Assembly: GCA_035543275.1 (NCBI GenBank)
Contig: DASZZT010000020.1
Span: forward strand, 1 to 56,342
Reading direction: 5' to 3'
Origin: Luteimonas sp.
GTDB lineage: Bacteria; Pseudomonadota; Gammaproteobacteria; Xanthomonadales; Xanthomonadaceae
Length of the DNA: 56,342 nt
The notes under the pieces were generated by a model that worked only from the letters and a program-made list of their open reading frames with translations, was not told the DNA's origin and did not search any database. Below, piece after piece: positions 1 to 8,060 of the stretch. The translations under genes and the position numbers were made by a program. Position 1 is the first letter of the stretch; the number at the start of each line of letters is the position of its first letter.

Positions 1-61
1 GAATGCGGGTTCCGTTGAACAGCTCTTGCGTGTCTGCACAACGAAACGATTGGATCGGCAT
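1..61 (-). CDS. higB: HigB/RelE-like toxin, N-terminal part (runs off the window edge)
   Basis: ATG at 61 reads MPIQSFRCADTQELFNGTRI, resembling HigB N-termini (MIxSFR..xTExLF.G); preceded by a sigma70 promoter with operator palindrome; absent from the ORF track because it is truncated. Confidence 0.7.
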   Translation of the reverse strand, partial: MPIQSFRCADTQELFNGTRI

Positions 62-67
62 GACTGG

Positions 68-96
68 ATGCTAACGGATACCGTTAGTAACGTCAA
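68..96 (-). promoter_or_regulatory. sigma70 promoter with palindromic operator for the edge higB
   Basis: Minus strand TTGACG-17 nt-TAGCAT-6 nt-ATG; inverted repeat CTAACGG-ATA-CCGTTAG at 71-87 overlaps the spacer and -10. Confidence 0.75.
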
Positions 97-116
97 GCGG
101 CACTAGTCAGACTGCC

Positions 117-141
117 TGTCTGTGAAACCCGGGGCACTCCA
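117..141 (-). mobile_element. Isolated IS3-family-like terminal inverted repeat remnant
   Basis: Minus strand TGGAGTGCCCCGGGTTTCACAGACA resembles IS3/IS51-group ends (TG..GCCCCGGGTTT); no IS3 transposase follows. Confidence 0.45.
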
Positions 142-156
142 GTGATCACAAGACAG

Positions 157-171
157 TTGCTCCGTCCCCTT
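157..171. repeat. TTGCTCCGTCCCCTT motif, copy 1
   Basis: Identical 15-mer at 157-171 and 1104-1118 flanking higBA plus the RAYT fragment. Confidence 0.6.
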
Positions 172-184
172 TGGGCGCCTGCCT

Positions 185-466
185 TCATGCTGCCTGCAAC
201 GCCTTCACTCGCGGCTGATCGTGCTTCAGGGCCTGGGCAAGATCATAGTTGGCCTGCAGCGTGACCCAGAACCGCGCGGTACTGACTCCAGCACGCTCTA
301 GCCGGATAGCCAGATCCGGACTGATGCCTGCATGACCATTGAGTACTCGCGAGAGGGCGACGCGCGACATGCTCAGCCGTCCGGCGGCCTCGGTAACCGC
401 CAGGCCGAACGGAATCAACACGTCCTCGCGCAACAACTCGCCTGGATGGGGAGGGTTCTTCATCAT
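185..466 (-). CDS. higA: HigA-family HTH antitoxin
   Basis: MMKNPPHPGELLRED..., HTH and ISPDLAIRL...FWVTLQANYDL motifs; AAGGA RBS; directly downstream of the toxin. Confidence 0.93.
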   Translation of the reverse strand: MMKNPPHPGELLREDVLIPFGLAVTEAAGRLSMSRVALSRVLNGHAGISPDLAIRLERAGVSTARFWVTLQANYDLAQALKHDQPRVKALQAA

Positions 467-479
467 AAGCCGTGATCCT

Positions 480-758
480 TCAGTGGTAATCAAGATAATC
501 GACCAACTCGACATCGACACCCGCGAAGCGGAAAGTCAGGCGCCAATTGCCGTTGACCCACACCGACCAGTGACCTTTCAGCTTGCCCTTGAGTGGATGA
601 AGCTTGAACGAGGGCAAGTTCAGTTCGTCGGAAGTGGAAGCGGCATCGAGAGCGGCCAGAAGGCGCGCGAGCTTGACGACGTGCGCCGCCTGGATGCCGC
701 GTATCGAGCCCGTTCGGTAGAAGATTTCGATGCCCTTGTGTCGGAACCCGATAATCAT
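480..758 (-). CDS. higB: HigB toxin (RelE/ParE superfamily)
   Basis: MIIGFRHKG...LHPLKG...WSVWVNGNWRLTFRF...DYLDYH; toxin-before-antitoxin order. Confidence 0.93.
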   Translation of the reverse strand: MIIGFRHKGIEIFYRTGSIRGIQAAHVVKLARLLAALDAASTSDELNLPSFKLHPLKGKLKGHWSVWVNGNWRLTFRFAGVDVELVDYLDYH

Positions 759-763
759 GGCCG

Positions 764-792
764 AGTGTATCTCGTAACGATTCACGTTACAA
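764..792 (-). promoter_or_regulatory. higBA sigma70 promoter with operator
   Basis: Minus strand TTGTAA-17 nt-TACACT-5 nt-ATG; inverted repeat GTAACG-N5-CGTTAC at 774-790. Confidence 0.75.
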
Positions 793-997
793 CCGCCTTG
801 CAGTCCGAGAAACCCATCAGCACGCATGCATGCATGCATGCATGCACGGCTACATCATGCTGGATGCAGGCGTCGTGGAGCAGGCGGCGGTAGTGATCAC
901 GGTCGTCGTTGTCGAGAAAAATCGCGGCACGGTTGACGCCCCGCTGCGTCACATGCAGGGGAACGCCTGGAAGTTCAAGACGAGGACGACGCGGCAT
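782..997 (-). pseudogene. Truncated REP-associated tyrosine transposase (RAYT, IS200/IS605 Y1 superfamily)
   Basis: MPRRPRLELPGVPLHVTQRGVNRAAIF...VHA..VLMG is the RAYT N-terminus; similarity ends just before the expected NHVH (HUH) motif where the higBA promoter begins. Confidence 0.85.
824..846. repeat. (GCAT)5-GCA self-complementary microsatellite
   Basis: gcatgcatgcatgcatgcatgca read directly; encodes HACMHAC within the RAYT fragment. Confidence 0.9.
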
Positions 998-1103
998 GGA
1001 GGCGACTGCTGAACCGAGACAGCAGCAGCCTGCCTGTCACTGACGGCGTCGGGCATCGGCAGAACCGATCATGACGGGTAGGAAAAGGCCGTGTCAGTGA
1101 CGC

Positions 1104-1118
1104 TTGCTCCGTCCCCTT
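1104..1118. repeat. TTGCTCCGTCCCCTT motif, copy 2
   Basis: Same 15-mer as 157-171; next to inverted repeat GTCACTGAC (1036-1044) / GTCAGTGAC (1093-1101) upstream of the RAYT start. Confidence 0.6.
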
Positions 1119-1154
1119 ATCGCTCCTTATCCCAGAAAAACAACTGCCTCAGGC

Positions 1155-3563
1155 TTACCACGACTGGTTCCAAGTGCCTACGCCGAAGTAGTAGTTGTTT
1201 CCTTGCTGTGTAGCAGTACAACTCACGAGAGTCGCCAATATCGGGCTGCCCGACTGCTCACTAAGAGTAACCTGCGCCGTTGATCCGTTCGGAATTAAAG
1301 CAAACGACACGGACGTGGTCTCCGTCTTCAGGCCATCACCGACGACGGTATAAGGGAGGAGCCCTGGTGTCGCTCCGATGGAAGCCGCGCTGACATAGTA
1401 ATTGTGGAATGCAGGCACATCGATATTCGCGTTTTGTCCATTGGTCTGCACCGTAACGGGGCTGCCGTTGTAAGTGCACTGGATGGATCCCAGCGTGGTT
1501 GTGGTCGACGTGGATACCGGGGCTTCGCTCCAGTAATGCGAAAGACTGATCGATCCGCTTGATGGCAATGTCGAATTGGTCCCGCAATCATGAGGGCTGC
1601 CCGCCGGTTTGAGGCACTCACCGCTATCTGCACCAAGGATTGGAACGGTGTAGAAGACGAAGGGATTCAGCCCGCCCCCGCTGATTCTCACGAAGAAGTC
1701 GTCGCCGGTACCGAGTGAACCACTGACCTGGAACGGCTGCGCGTCATTCACCGTGGTGTTGTCCGTTGGATCGACACCATCTAGCGTCGTCAACACCGTG
1801 TTGATTGCAACGCCGGAGTTGGACTGCCGGACGGTCGCGGTGTTGTTGGAGGTGCCCGAGAGCCGGCCATATGTTCGACTGCCCGAGGGCTGGCTCGGGT
1901 CGGTGGCAAGCAGGTTTCCGCTATTGACAACCAGCACCGTCGGCACGCTTGCGATCCACGTCGCGATCTCGGTGAGGTTGGCCGAGGTGAAGGGCAGATA
2001 TGGCAGGACGCAATCCTCGATGTTGGATCCGGTCGGGCACCGGCCTTGCGCGCCGGTGTCGGCGAGCACGTCCACCAGCTTGGTGCGCGCCTTGGCCTCC
2101 AGGTAATCGACGTAGAGTCCGCGTCCGTGCAGGTAGCGGTAATCCGTCGTGTTTGGCGCATCGATTGTGACCAGGGATGGAACATTGATGCCTGTCGTCC
2201 CATCAAACAATGCTTGCGCGCCAGTCGGCGCGGTAGCAACCGTTCCGTCGTACTGCTTCAGGTAGTTCTTGACGAAAGTCGTGTAGGCGACGGTCGCCGC
2301 CGTCGTCGGCAAACCGGTCTTGGCCTGCTTGGTTACGCCTCCTTCGACCCGAGACTCGGTTTCCAGCAGTCCGAACTGGCGGGAATACATGTCCGAAGCA
2401 GTGCGCCAGAAACCGTCGACGCGGATTACGCGGCAAGCGTTGACATAGTCGAAGTTGGTGGTGTTGGGCGTGATCTGCAAGGCGTTCTGGTTGGTGAGGT
2501 AGTATTTCTCGCGGCCGGTGGTTTCGCCGGTCGCAATCGTCCTTTCGGGATCGAACTTGGCGACGCCCGCCGTGCTGGTGTCGTGGTGGTCGCGGCAGCA
2601 TTCCTGGCACAAAGGGCTCTGTTCGACGCCGGACTTCCGCCCGGAACTCAGCGCTTGGCCGGGCGCGGGCGCTACAGGATTCGGCTTGTAAAGGTCATAG
2701 CGCTCGCCCGTCCAGATCGCGGGCCATTGAGCCGTTTGATAGATGGCCGGGAGCGTACTTCCGGCACCATACTGGCAACTGCATTTGATCACTTCGTTTT
2801 CGAAACGCCTCTGGATGATCGCGGCGTTACCCGAGGGCGTGTACGTCAGCACGTTGAACTTGGTGCCCACGATTTTCTGGTTGCTTTGGCTACCAACGAG
2901 CTCCGGCGTCGGATTGGAGGCCGCGCTCGACTCACCGTTGCCCAGCGCGATTGGAATGACGCCAGCCGTCGCCGGGTTGGTGGTGCGGACGGTCGGCCCG
3001 CCACCACCCGATGCCTCGTCGTCGGGCGGCGGGATCAGGCTGGCGCTCAGCCCCAGGAAACTCATATCCGAGACGCTCGCCAACTGGTGATTGCCACCAG
3101 TCGCATCGGTCCACGACGCAGTCAGGCTGACCCGCTTGAACTCCGGCTCGTCGGCCGCCGGTACCCGGTCCTCGGTGAAGTTGCTGGCCCCCGCGATGCT
3201 GGACCAGATATGGGTGACCTGGGTGACGTCCAGACTGCCCAAGCCTGCCTGGGTGCGCGTGCAATCGAGCCAGTCCGTCGCATCCCCATCACAGGGATCG
3301 ATCGTACCGAGCGTAATGGGTGTCGTCACGGTGCCGGTGTTGAGTGCGGCATTGCCATAGCCGACGCTGCGCAACTCGTCCATCCGCGCCGACAGCATGG
3401 CGGCAACCCGCCCGCGCACCTTCGCCTCGGCGGAACTGCGGGTCAGGCTGCCCTGCAGCGCTGCAAGCGCCAGCAATCCAGTCGCAAGCACCACCACCGC
3501 GATCATGACTTCGAGCAGGCTGAAACCGCGCGATCGATAGCCTGTGGACTTGAGTCTGATCAT
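1155..3563 (-). CDS. Giant PilV-like prepilin (~802 aa) with large Cys-rich C-terminal region
   Basis: Class III signal RG|FSLLEVMIAVVVLATGLLALAALQ (PilV-type); GGGAG RBS before ATG 3563; about 630 extra residues with CSC and CQECCRDHH motifs. Confidence 0.85.
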   Translation of the reverse strand: MIRLKSTGYRSRGFSLLEVMIAVVVLATGLLALAALQGSLTRSSAEAKVRGRVAAMLSARMDELRSVGYGNAALNTGTVTTPITLGTIDPCDGDATDWLDCTRTQAGLGSLDVTQVTHIWSSIAGASNFTEDRVPAADEPEFKRVSLTASWTDATGGNHQLASVSDMSFLGLSASLIPPPDDEASGGGGPTVRTTNPATAGVIPIALGNGESSAASNPTPELVGSQSNQKIVGTKFNVLTYTPSGNAAIIQRRFENEVIKCSCQYGAGSTLPAIYQTAQWPAIWTGERYDLYKPNPVAPAPGQALSSGRKSGVEQSPLCQECCRDHHDTSTAGVAKFDPERTIATGETTGREKYYLTNQNALQITPNTTNFDYVNACRVIRVDGFWRTASDMYSRQFGLLETESRVEGGVTKQAKTGLPTTAATVAYTTFVKNYLKQYDGTVATAPTGAQALFDGTTGINVPSLVTIDAPNTTDYRYLHGRGLYVDYLEAKARTKLVDVLADTGAQGRCPTGSNIEDCVLPYLPFTSANLTEIATWIASVPTVLVVNSGNLLATDPSQPSGSRTYGRLSGTSNNTATVRQSNSGVAINTVLTTLDGVDPTDNTTVNDAQPFQVSGSLGTGDDFFVRISGGGLNPFVFYTVPILGADSGECLKPAGSPHDCGTNSTLPSSGSISLSHYWSEAPVSTSTTTTLGSIQCTYNGSPVTVQTNGQNANIDVPAFHNYYVSAASIGATPGLLPYTVVGDGLKTETTSVSFALIPNGSTAQVTLSEQSGSPILATLVSCTATQQGNNYYFGVGTWNQSW

Positions 3564-3577
3564 GATGTTGCTCCCGC

Positions 3578-5365
3578 TCAATACGAGCGCTGGTCGTTCC
3601 ACGCGCCGGGAAGCGTCGCGTAGCCAATGAAGTTGTCGCCGTCGAGACCGCCAAGCACGGTGGCGTCATAGATGACGGCCGAGGTGCCGCTCGACTTCAT
3701 CTGGCCCTGAATCACCAGCGCGCCATAGACGGCAGCGCCGGCCGCCATCGTCAGCATGCAGTTGCTGGGGCAATTCCCGCTCCCACTACTGCCAGTCGCC
3801 GGGGACAGGGTGGCCTGGGTTCCGCCGCTCGTGACGGGGTCGCGGATGAAGATGAAACCGAACACCGTGCCGTGGATGGTAACGGGCCCATCCAGGATCA
3901 GGACGACCGGTGCAGACGGAGAACTGACTGGGGTCAAAGGCTGAGTTGTCTGGATATCGCATCCCGTGTGGCACCAGACCATGCCTGACGTGGACGGGGA
4001 ATTATCCAGCAGCGCATTTGTTGCGGCTTGACCGGGATTCAATAGGGCCACGTTGGGTGCGCCGATGATCTTGTCCGCATTCTTGTAGAGGTAGGCCTCG
4101 TCCGGGTCGACCATGGCGGACGCTCCGGCTTTGTTCGTATAGAGCACCTTGGGCAGCTTCGTATCACCGAAGCAATCGCTATTCGTATCGTTCCATACCG
4201 CGGTGTGGAACACGTACTTGAACAGGTCCGGCGGAAACTCGCAGAGCGGGTAGGAAAGCGAGTCGCTGCGGACGTTGTAGTTGGCGCCGACCTGCCCGCC
4301 CGCACCAAAGGCGGTGGTCGAATTGGTACCGGTATCAACATCAAGAATGTCGATACCCTCCTGCTGAGCACTGCCACTGTTGTCGAAGCTCAGCGCCGAG
4401 GGGGCGCTGTTTGCGTCGCATCGGCAGTTGTCGCAACGGATCGTGCCCTGGTAGGGGAGCGGTGTCACGCTACCTGAGGTATAGCGGAAGAACTCGTCGG
4501 CATAGCAGGTATTGGTGGTACCGGTCTTCTGCACGTCGACGCGGGTCCACACCGACACCGGCACGCCAGCGCCGCCCGCATTGGGATTGGTGACGAGTTG
4601 CAGCGTACCGGTGACGTCAGCGCTGCCGGCCGTGGTGATCGGCGGCTTGGTCAGCAGGTCACCGAGCTTGGGATACTGGCCGATGGTCTGCACCAGCGTC
4701 GCGCTGGCGGATTCGCCCGGGATCTTGGCGACACTGACGAACGTCGCGACCCGCAGCCCGGTCGCACCCGTGCCGGTGCCATCGCCACACAGGATCGGGA
4801 TCGGTGGCTTGGCCGGATCATCGGGCTTGAGCGGGCGCTTGATCATGCACAGCACCGGCGCGACGCCATAGGCGACCGTCGCGCCGTTGGCCGCCGTGCT
4901 CAGCTTCGAACCGCTGGTCAGCGGCAACATGTACTTCGACAGTGCGATGTTGATATCCGTGATGACGTTGCCCGTATTCTCCTTGAGGCGGTACATCGTC
5001 TCGCGCCGTGGCTGCGTTGCGGTCGTCGCCGGATCGCCATCCACATCGACCTGGTCGGCGCTGATCGCGCCACAGGGAAAGGTTACATCCGTGGCAACGC
5101 ACTTTTCCCAGAGACCAATATTGAAGAGCATGTCCGCATGCTGGTGCATCAGGTATTCGAAGCCCTGGGCGAGCCCGGCTTCGGCCACATCATTGACCGC
5201 TTTCGCGCGCACGTCGTTGCCGGTGCTGCGCTGCTCGAACACGCCGGCGTTCAGTGCGAACAAGGTCATCACCCCCGCCAGCAGCAGCAACACGACTGCG
5301 ACCAGCAGCACGGCGCCGGACTGCCGGGAAGGCGATGAGAATTGGCGAATGGATTGCATGGCCAT
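3578..5365 (-). CDS. pilX: Large PilX-family minor pilin (595 aa)
   Basis: RQSG|AVLLVAVVLLLL lacking E5, followed by ...AEAGL (PilX N-terminus); Cys-rich extension ending PGAWND. Confidence 0.85.
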   Translation of the reverse strand: MAMQSIRQFSSPSRQSGAVLLVAVVLLLLAGVMTLFALNAGVFEQRSTGNDVRAKAVNDVAEAGLAQGFEYLMHQHADMLFNIGLWEKCVATDVTFPCGAISADQVDVDGDPATTATQPRRETMYRLKENTGNVITDINIALSKYMLPLTSGSKLSTAANGATVAYGVAPVLCMIKRPLKPDDPAKPPIPILCGDGTGTGATGLRVATFVSVAKIPGESASATLVQTIGQYPKLGDLLTKPPITTAGSADVTGTLQLVTNPNAGGAGVPVSVWTRVDVQKTGTTNTCYADEFFRYTSGSVTPLPYQGTIRCDNCRCDANSAPSALSFDNSGSAQQEGIDILDVDTGTNSTTAFGAGGQVGANYNVRSDSLSYPLCEFPPDLFKYVFHTAVWNDTNSDCFGDTKLPKVLYTNKAGASAMVDPDEAYLYKNADKIIGAPNVALLNPGQAATNALLDNSPSTSGMVWCHTGCDIQTTQPLTPVSSPSAPVVLILDGPVTIHGTVFGFIFIRDPVTSGGTQATLSPATGSSGSGNCPSNCMLTMAAGAAVYGALVIQGQMKSSGTSAVIYDATVLGGLDGDNFIGYATLPGAWNDQRSY

Positions 5366-5379
5366 GCTCCTGGATATCC

Positions 5380-6111
5380 TTAGTTACCTTTACCGATCGA
5401 GCGTATCTGGACGGACTGGGTGATCGTTCGATAGATGCTGCTGAGTTCCGCATCCTGGTCGACCAAGCGACCGGTGACGGTTATGTCGAAACTGCGAACA
5501 GTGTCGACAGCCGGAAGCGGGGCACAAGGATTCGTCGTAGTGCATGGGGACGTCGGGGTGAACGTCAGCGCGGTAATCTCGACTTGGTCGGAGCCCAGCT
5601 TGGTGCCGGCGCCCGCCGTCGGACAAGTGGTGTCGCACGTTACTGTTTTGGGCACCGCCGGAGGTCCCGGCGAAAACGCAGTCGTAACCGGCGGAACCGT
5701 GTTTAGGAACACACGATTGGCATCGGACCCGGTCGTTGCGCGCATGATGACGTGGCACGACGGTGTAGCGACGGGCGGCACGGCATTGCTACCAGACGCA
5801 TCGGCGTACCCAAATCGAATGCAGCCCGCCGTCGAGTAGGCGATGTTTTTGTTGTACCGCTCCCCATCGGAAAGCTTGGCTTCCGTAAGCGGGTCAGTCG
5901 TACCGCGCGAGCGACGCAGATCGTTCACAATCACCGCCATGGTCGCCCGCAGCTCCTGGTTCAGCCGGGTCGACTGCAAGGTCTGGCGATTGGATTTCAT
6001 GATCGCTACCACCAGCGCCAAGGTGGCACCGACGACGATCAGGCCGACCACCAGCGCCACCATCAGCTCGATAAGGGAAAAGCCCCGTGCCTTCCCGCTA
6101 CGCGAATTCAT
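5380..6111 (-). CDS. pilW: PilW-like minor pilin
   Basis: RG|FSLIELMVALVVGLIVVGA...LNQELRATMAVIVNDLRR; ATGA overlap with the fimT stop. Confidence 0.85.
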   Translation of the reverse strand: MNSRSGKARGFSLIELMVALVVGLIVVGATLALVVAIMKSNRQTLQSTRLNQELRATMAVIVNDLRRSRGTTDPLTEAKLSDGERYNKNIAYSTAGCIRFGYADASGSNAVPPVATPSCHVIMRATTGSDANRVFLNTVPPVTTAFSPGPPAVPKTVTCDTTCPTAGAGTKLGSDQVEITALTFTPTSPCTTTNPCAPLPAVDTVRSFDITVTGRLVDQDAELSSIYRTITQSVQIRSIGKGN

Positions 6112-6716
6112 GGTGCGCATGCGGCGATTCCTGCAATGGATGGCTTGCCCGTGGGCACGCAAAGCCGCGCCTGCCCCAGCGCATTCACCTCGACCGTGAG
6201 GTCGTACTTGCCCTTGGGCGATGTCAGGGTGACGTTCCTTACACCCAGCGGCGAGATCGCGCCAAGCTTGCCGTCGAAGATCGTTGCCGCGGGCAGTGCG
6301 CCGATCGCCACGCCCGGATAGGCGGCGACCTCGACTGCGGAACGCTGGCCGGAGACACGGCATTGGGTTGTGCTGGTGGGATCGGTGCAGGTGCAGGCCG
6401 TCGCGCCGGGCGCGGGCGAGCCGAACGGCGGTCCACCGGTCGCACCCGGCGCGAGGGCAGCATTGGCACCGAGACACCACGCAGTGCCGCTACCGGTGAA
6501 TGCGAGGTTCACGTCGAGGTCGTTCTTGACCGACTCGGCGCGGGCGTTGCTGATCACGCTGATCACGCCATCCGCAGCGCCGCGCACACGGTTCTTATCG
6601 AAGAAGTCGACGAAGGACGGCACGGCCGCGACCAGCACGATGGCCATCACCGCAAGGGTGACCATCAGCTCGATGAGTGTGAATCCCAATACCCACTTGG
6701 CGTGCGACAAACGCAT
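6108..6716 (-). CDS. fimT: FimT/FimU (GspH-family) minor pilin
   Basis: G|FTLIELMVTLAVMAIVLVAAVPSF...ARAESVKN...VNALGQARLC; GGAGG RBS. Confidence 0.88.
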   Translation of the reverse strand: MRLSHAKWVLGFTLIELMVTLAVMAIVLVAAVPSFVDFFDKNRVRGAADGVISVISNARAESVKNDLDVNLAFTGSGTAWCLGANAALAPGATGGPPFGSPAPGATACTCTDPTSTTQCRVSGQRSAVEVAAYPGVAIGALPAATIFDGKLGAISPLGVRNVTLTSPKGKYDLTVEVNALGQARLCVPTGKPSIAGIAACAP

Positions 6717-6883
6717 GCGTCGGCCCTCCGTCTTCCCCAGCTGGCAATCTAGTTGGCCAAACCGAGGCCGGCAAGCGCGAGGGGATGGGCGGTGGAGTGA
6801 GCCGGACGAACGACCCCATGCTGCCAATAGGGGGCGACCGCCGGTGCTACTATCGCCACGGGATTCTTGGGGGAGACTCGACG

Positions 6884-7285
6884 ATGAACCGTCACGCAGC
6901 GAAGGGTTTTACGCTGATCGAGTTGATGGTGGTGATCGCGATCGTCGGGATCATCGCCGCCATCGCTATCCCTAGCTATACGGAGCAGGTCCGCAAAGGA
7001 CGTCGGGCGGATGCCGTGCGGGCAATCGGGGAACTACAGTTGCGCCAAGAACGCTGGCGTGCGGAAAACCCCGCCTATGCCACGCAAGCGCAAATCGGCA
7101 CGTTGCCGATCAGCGATTTCTACACGCTGGCGGTGGCAGCCCCTACAGATGCCACGACCGTCGCAGCCCGCACCCAGTACAGCCTGACCGCTACGCGCGC
7201 GGGCGCACAGACCGGGGACCGCTGCGGTACATTGACCGGAACCCAAGCAGGCAAGCCAACATGGGGCACGGCATCCTGCAACTGA
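6884..7285 (+). CDS. pilE: PilE-like type IV minor pilin
   Basis: KG|FTLIELMVVIAIVGIIAAIAIPSY..VRKGRRADA; C-terminal QTGDRCGTL...C; GGAG RBS. Confidence 0.9.
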   Translation: MNRHAAKGFTLIELMVVIAIVGIIAAIAIPSYTEQVRKGRRADAVRAIGELQLRQERWRAENPAYATQAQIGTLPISDFYTLAVAAPTDATTVAARTQYSLTATRAGAQTGDRCGTLTGTQAGKPTWGTASCN

Positions 7286-7295
7286 TTTCGAACGA

Positions 7296-7550
7296 TTACG
7301 CCACCACCTCGTAACACGGCCGGTACTCCCCAGAAATCTTCATCCGCCGCTGCTCCAAGAACGCGCGCAGCAGCGCGTCCAGCGCCTGCATCATGTCCGG
7401 GTCGCCGTGGATCTGGCACGGGCCGTGTTCCTGGATCCGGCGGATGCCCTCTTCCTTGACGTTGCCGGCGACGATGCCTTCGATGCCGCGGCGCAGGTCG
7501 GCGGCCAGTTCGAACGGCTTGCGGTCGTGGTGCAGGTCGAGCGCGGCCAT
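7296..7550 (-). pseudogene. Duplicated 3' end of ppnN (84 codons)
   Basis: Direct repeat of 8539-8793; 71 of 84 aa identical by manual alignment. Confidence 0.9.
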
Positions 7551-7656
7551 AGATAAACCGATATCTTCCCGATCTGACGCAATTGAAGCCCAACGGCTGA
7601 CGTCAGGTTGAGGTGTACTCCCTCCGGACACGAGACTTTCAGATTCCGCCTGCCCG

Positions 7657-8058
7657 TTATGCCGTCCTGACTTCGGCCAGCAGATCGGGATGACGGTCAA
7701 GCACCTTGAGCAGCTTCACCAGCGCCAAGGGCGGCCTGGTCTTGCCATTTTCGTAGCGCGAAAAGGCATTGACTCCGCCGCCGAAAATCTCGGCGGCTTC
7801 CCGCTGATCAAGCGAGAGCTTCTTGCGAACGCTGGCAATGAAGCCTGGATCGACAATTGACGCATTTACCTGCTTGTTAAATTCCAGCATTGCCGTGCTG
7901 GTACGAGTCGATTCGGCCGCATCGAGAACGGCTTCACCGCAGGCCATGCAGAAGTCGCCGGTCACGGACGGGATGAGGGTCGATTCACCTTTGTAGGTGT
8001 ACGGCATGTCGCGGGTGTCATGCACCAGTTCCGCCGCCGCGCAAGATGGACATTTCAT
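7657..8058 (-). CDS. mqsA: MqsA antitoxin (Zn finger + HTH)
   Basis: CPSC...CMAC zinc ligands and FGGGVNAFSRYENG HTH; AAGGAG RBS; alternative ATG at 8064. Confidence 0.95.
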   Translation of the reverse strand: MKCPSCAAAELVHDTRDMPYTYKGESTLIPSVTGDFCMACGEAVLDAAESTRTSTAMLEFNKQVNASIVDPGFIASVRKKLSLDQREAAEIFGGGVNAFSRYENGKTRPPLALVKLLKVLDRHPDLLAEVRTA

Positions 8059-8060
8059 GT

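Noticed and set aside
2585-2615. c-type heme motif in the giant PilV
   Set aside because: CQECCRDHH does not fit CxxCH.
2046-3623. 525-aa plus-strand ORF
   Set aside because: Antisense to the giant pilV-like gene, which has a clear prepilin signal and RBS.
6742-6759. sigma54 promoter or palindrome in the fimT-pilE divergent region
   Set aside because: GG-to-GC spacing is 11 nt rather than 10 on the minus strand, and the palindrome TGGCAATCTAGTTGGCCA is imperfect; insufficient support.
7551-7700. N-terminal part of the 134-aa ORF 7296..7700 as a novel fusion
   Set aside because: Overlaps the mqsA end, has no RBS, and only the ppnN-derived part has protein-like similarity.
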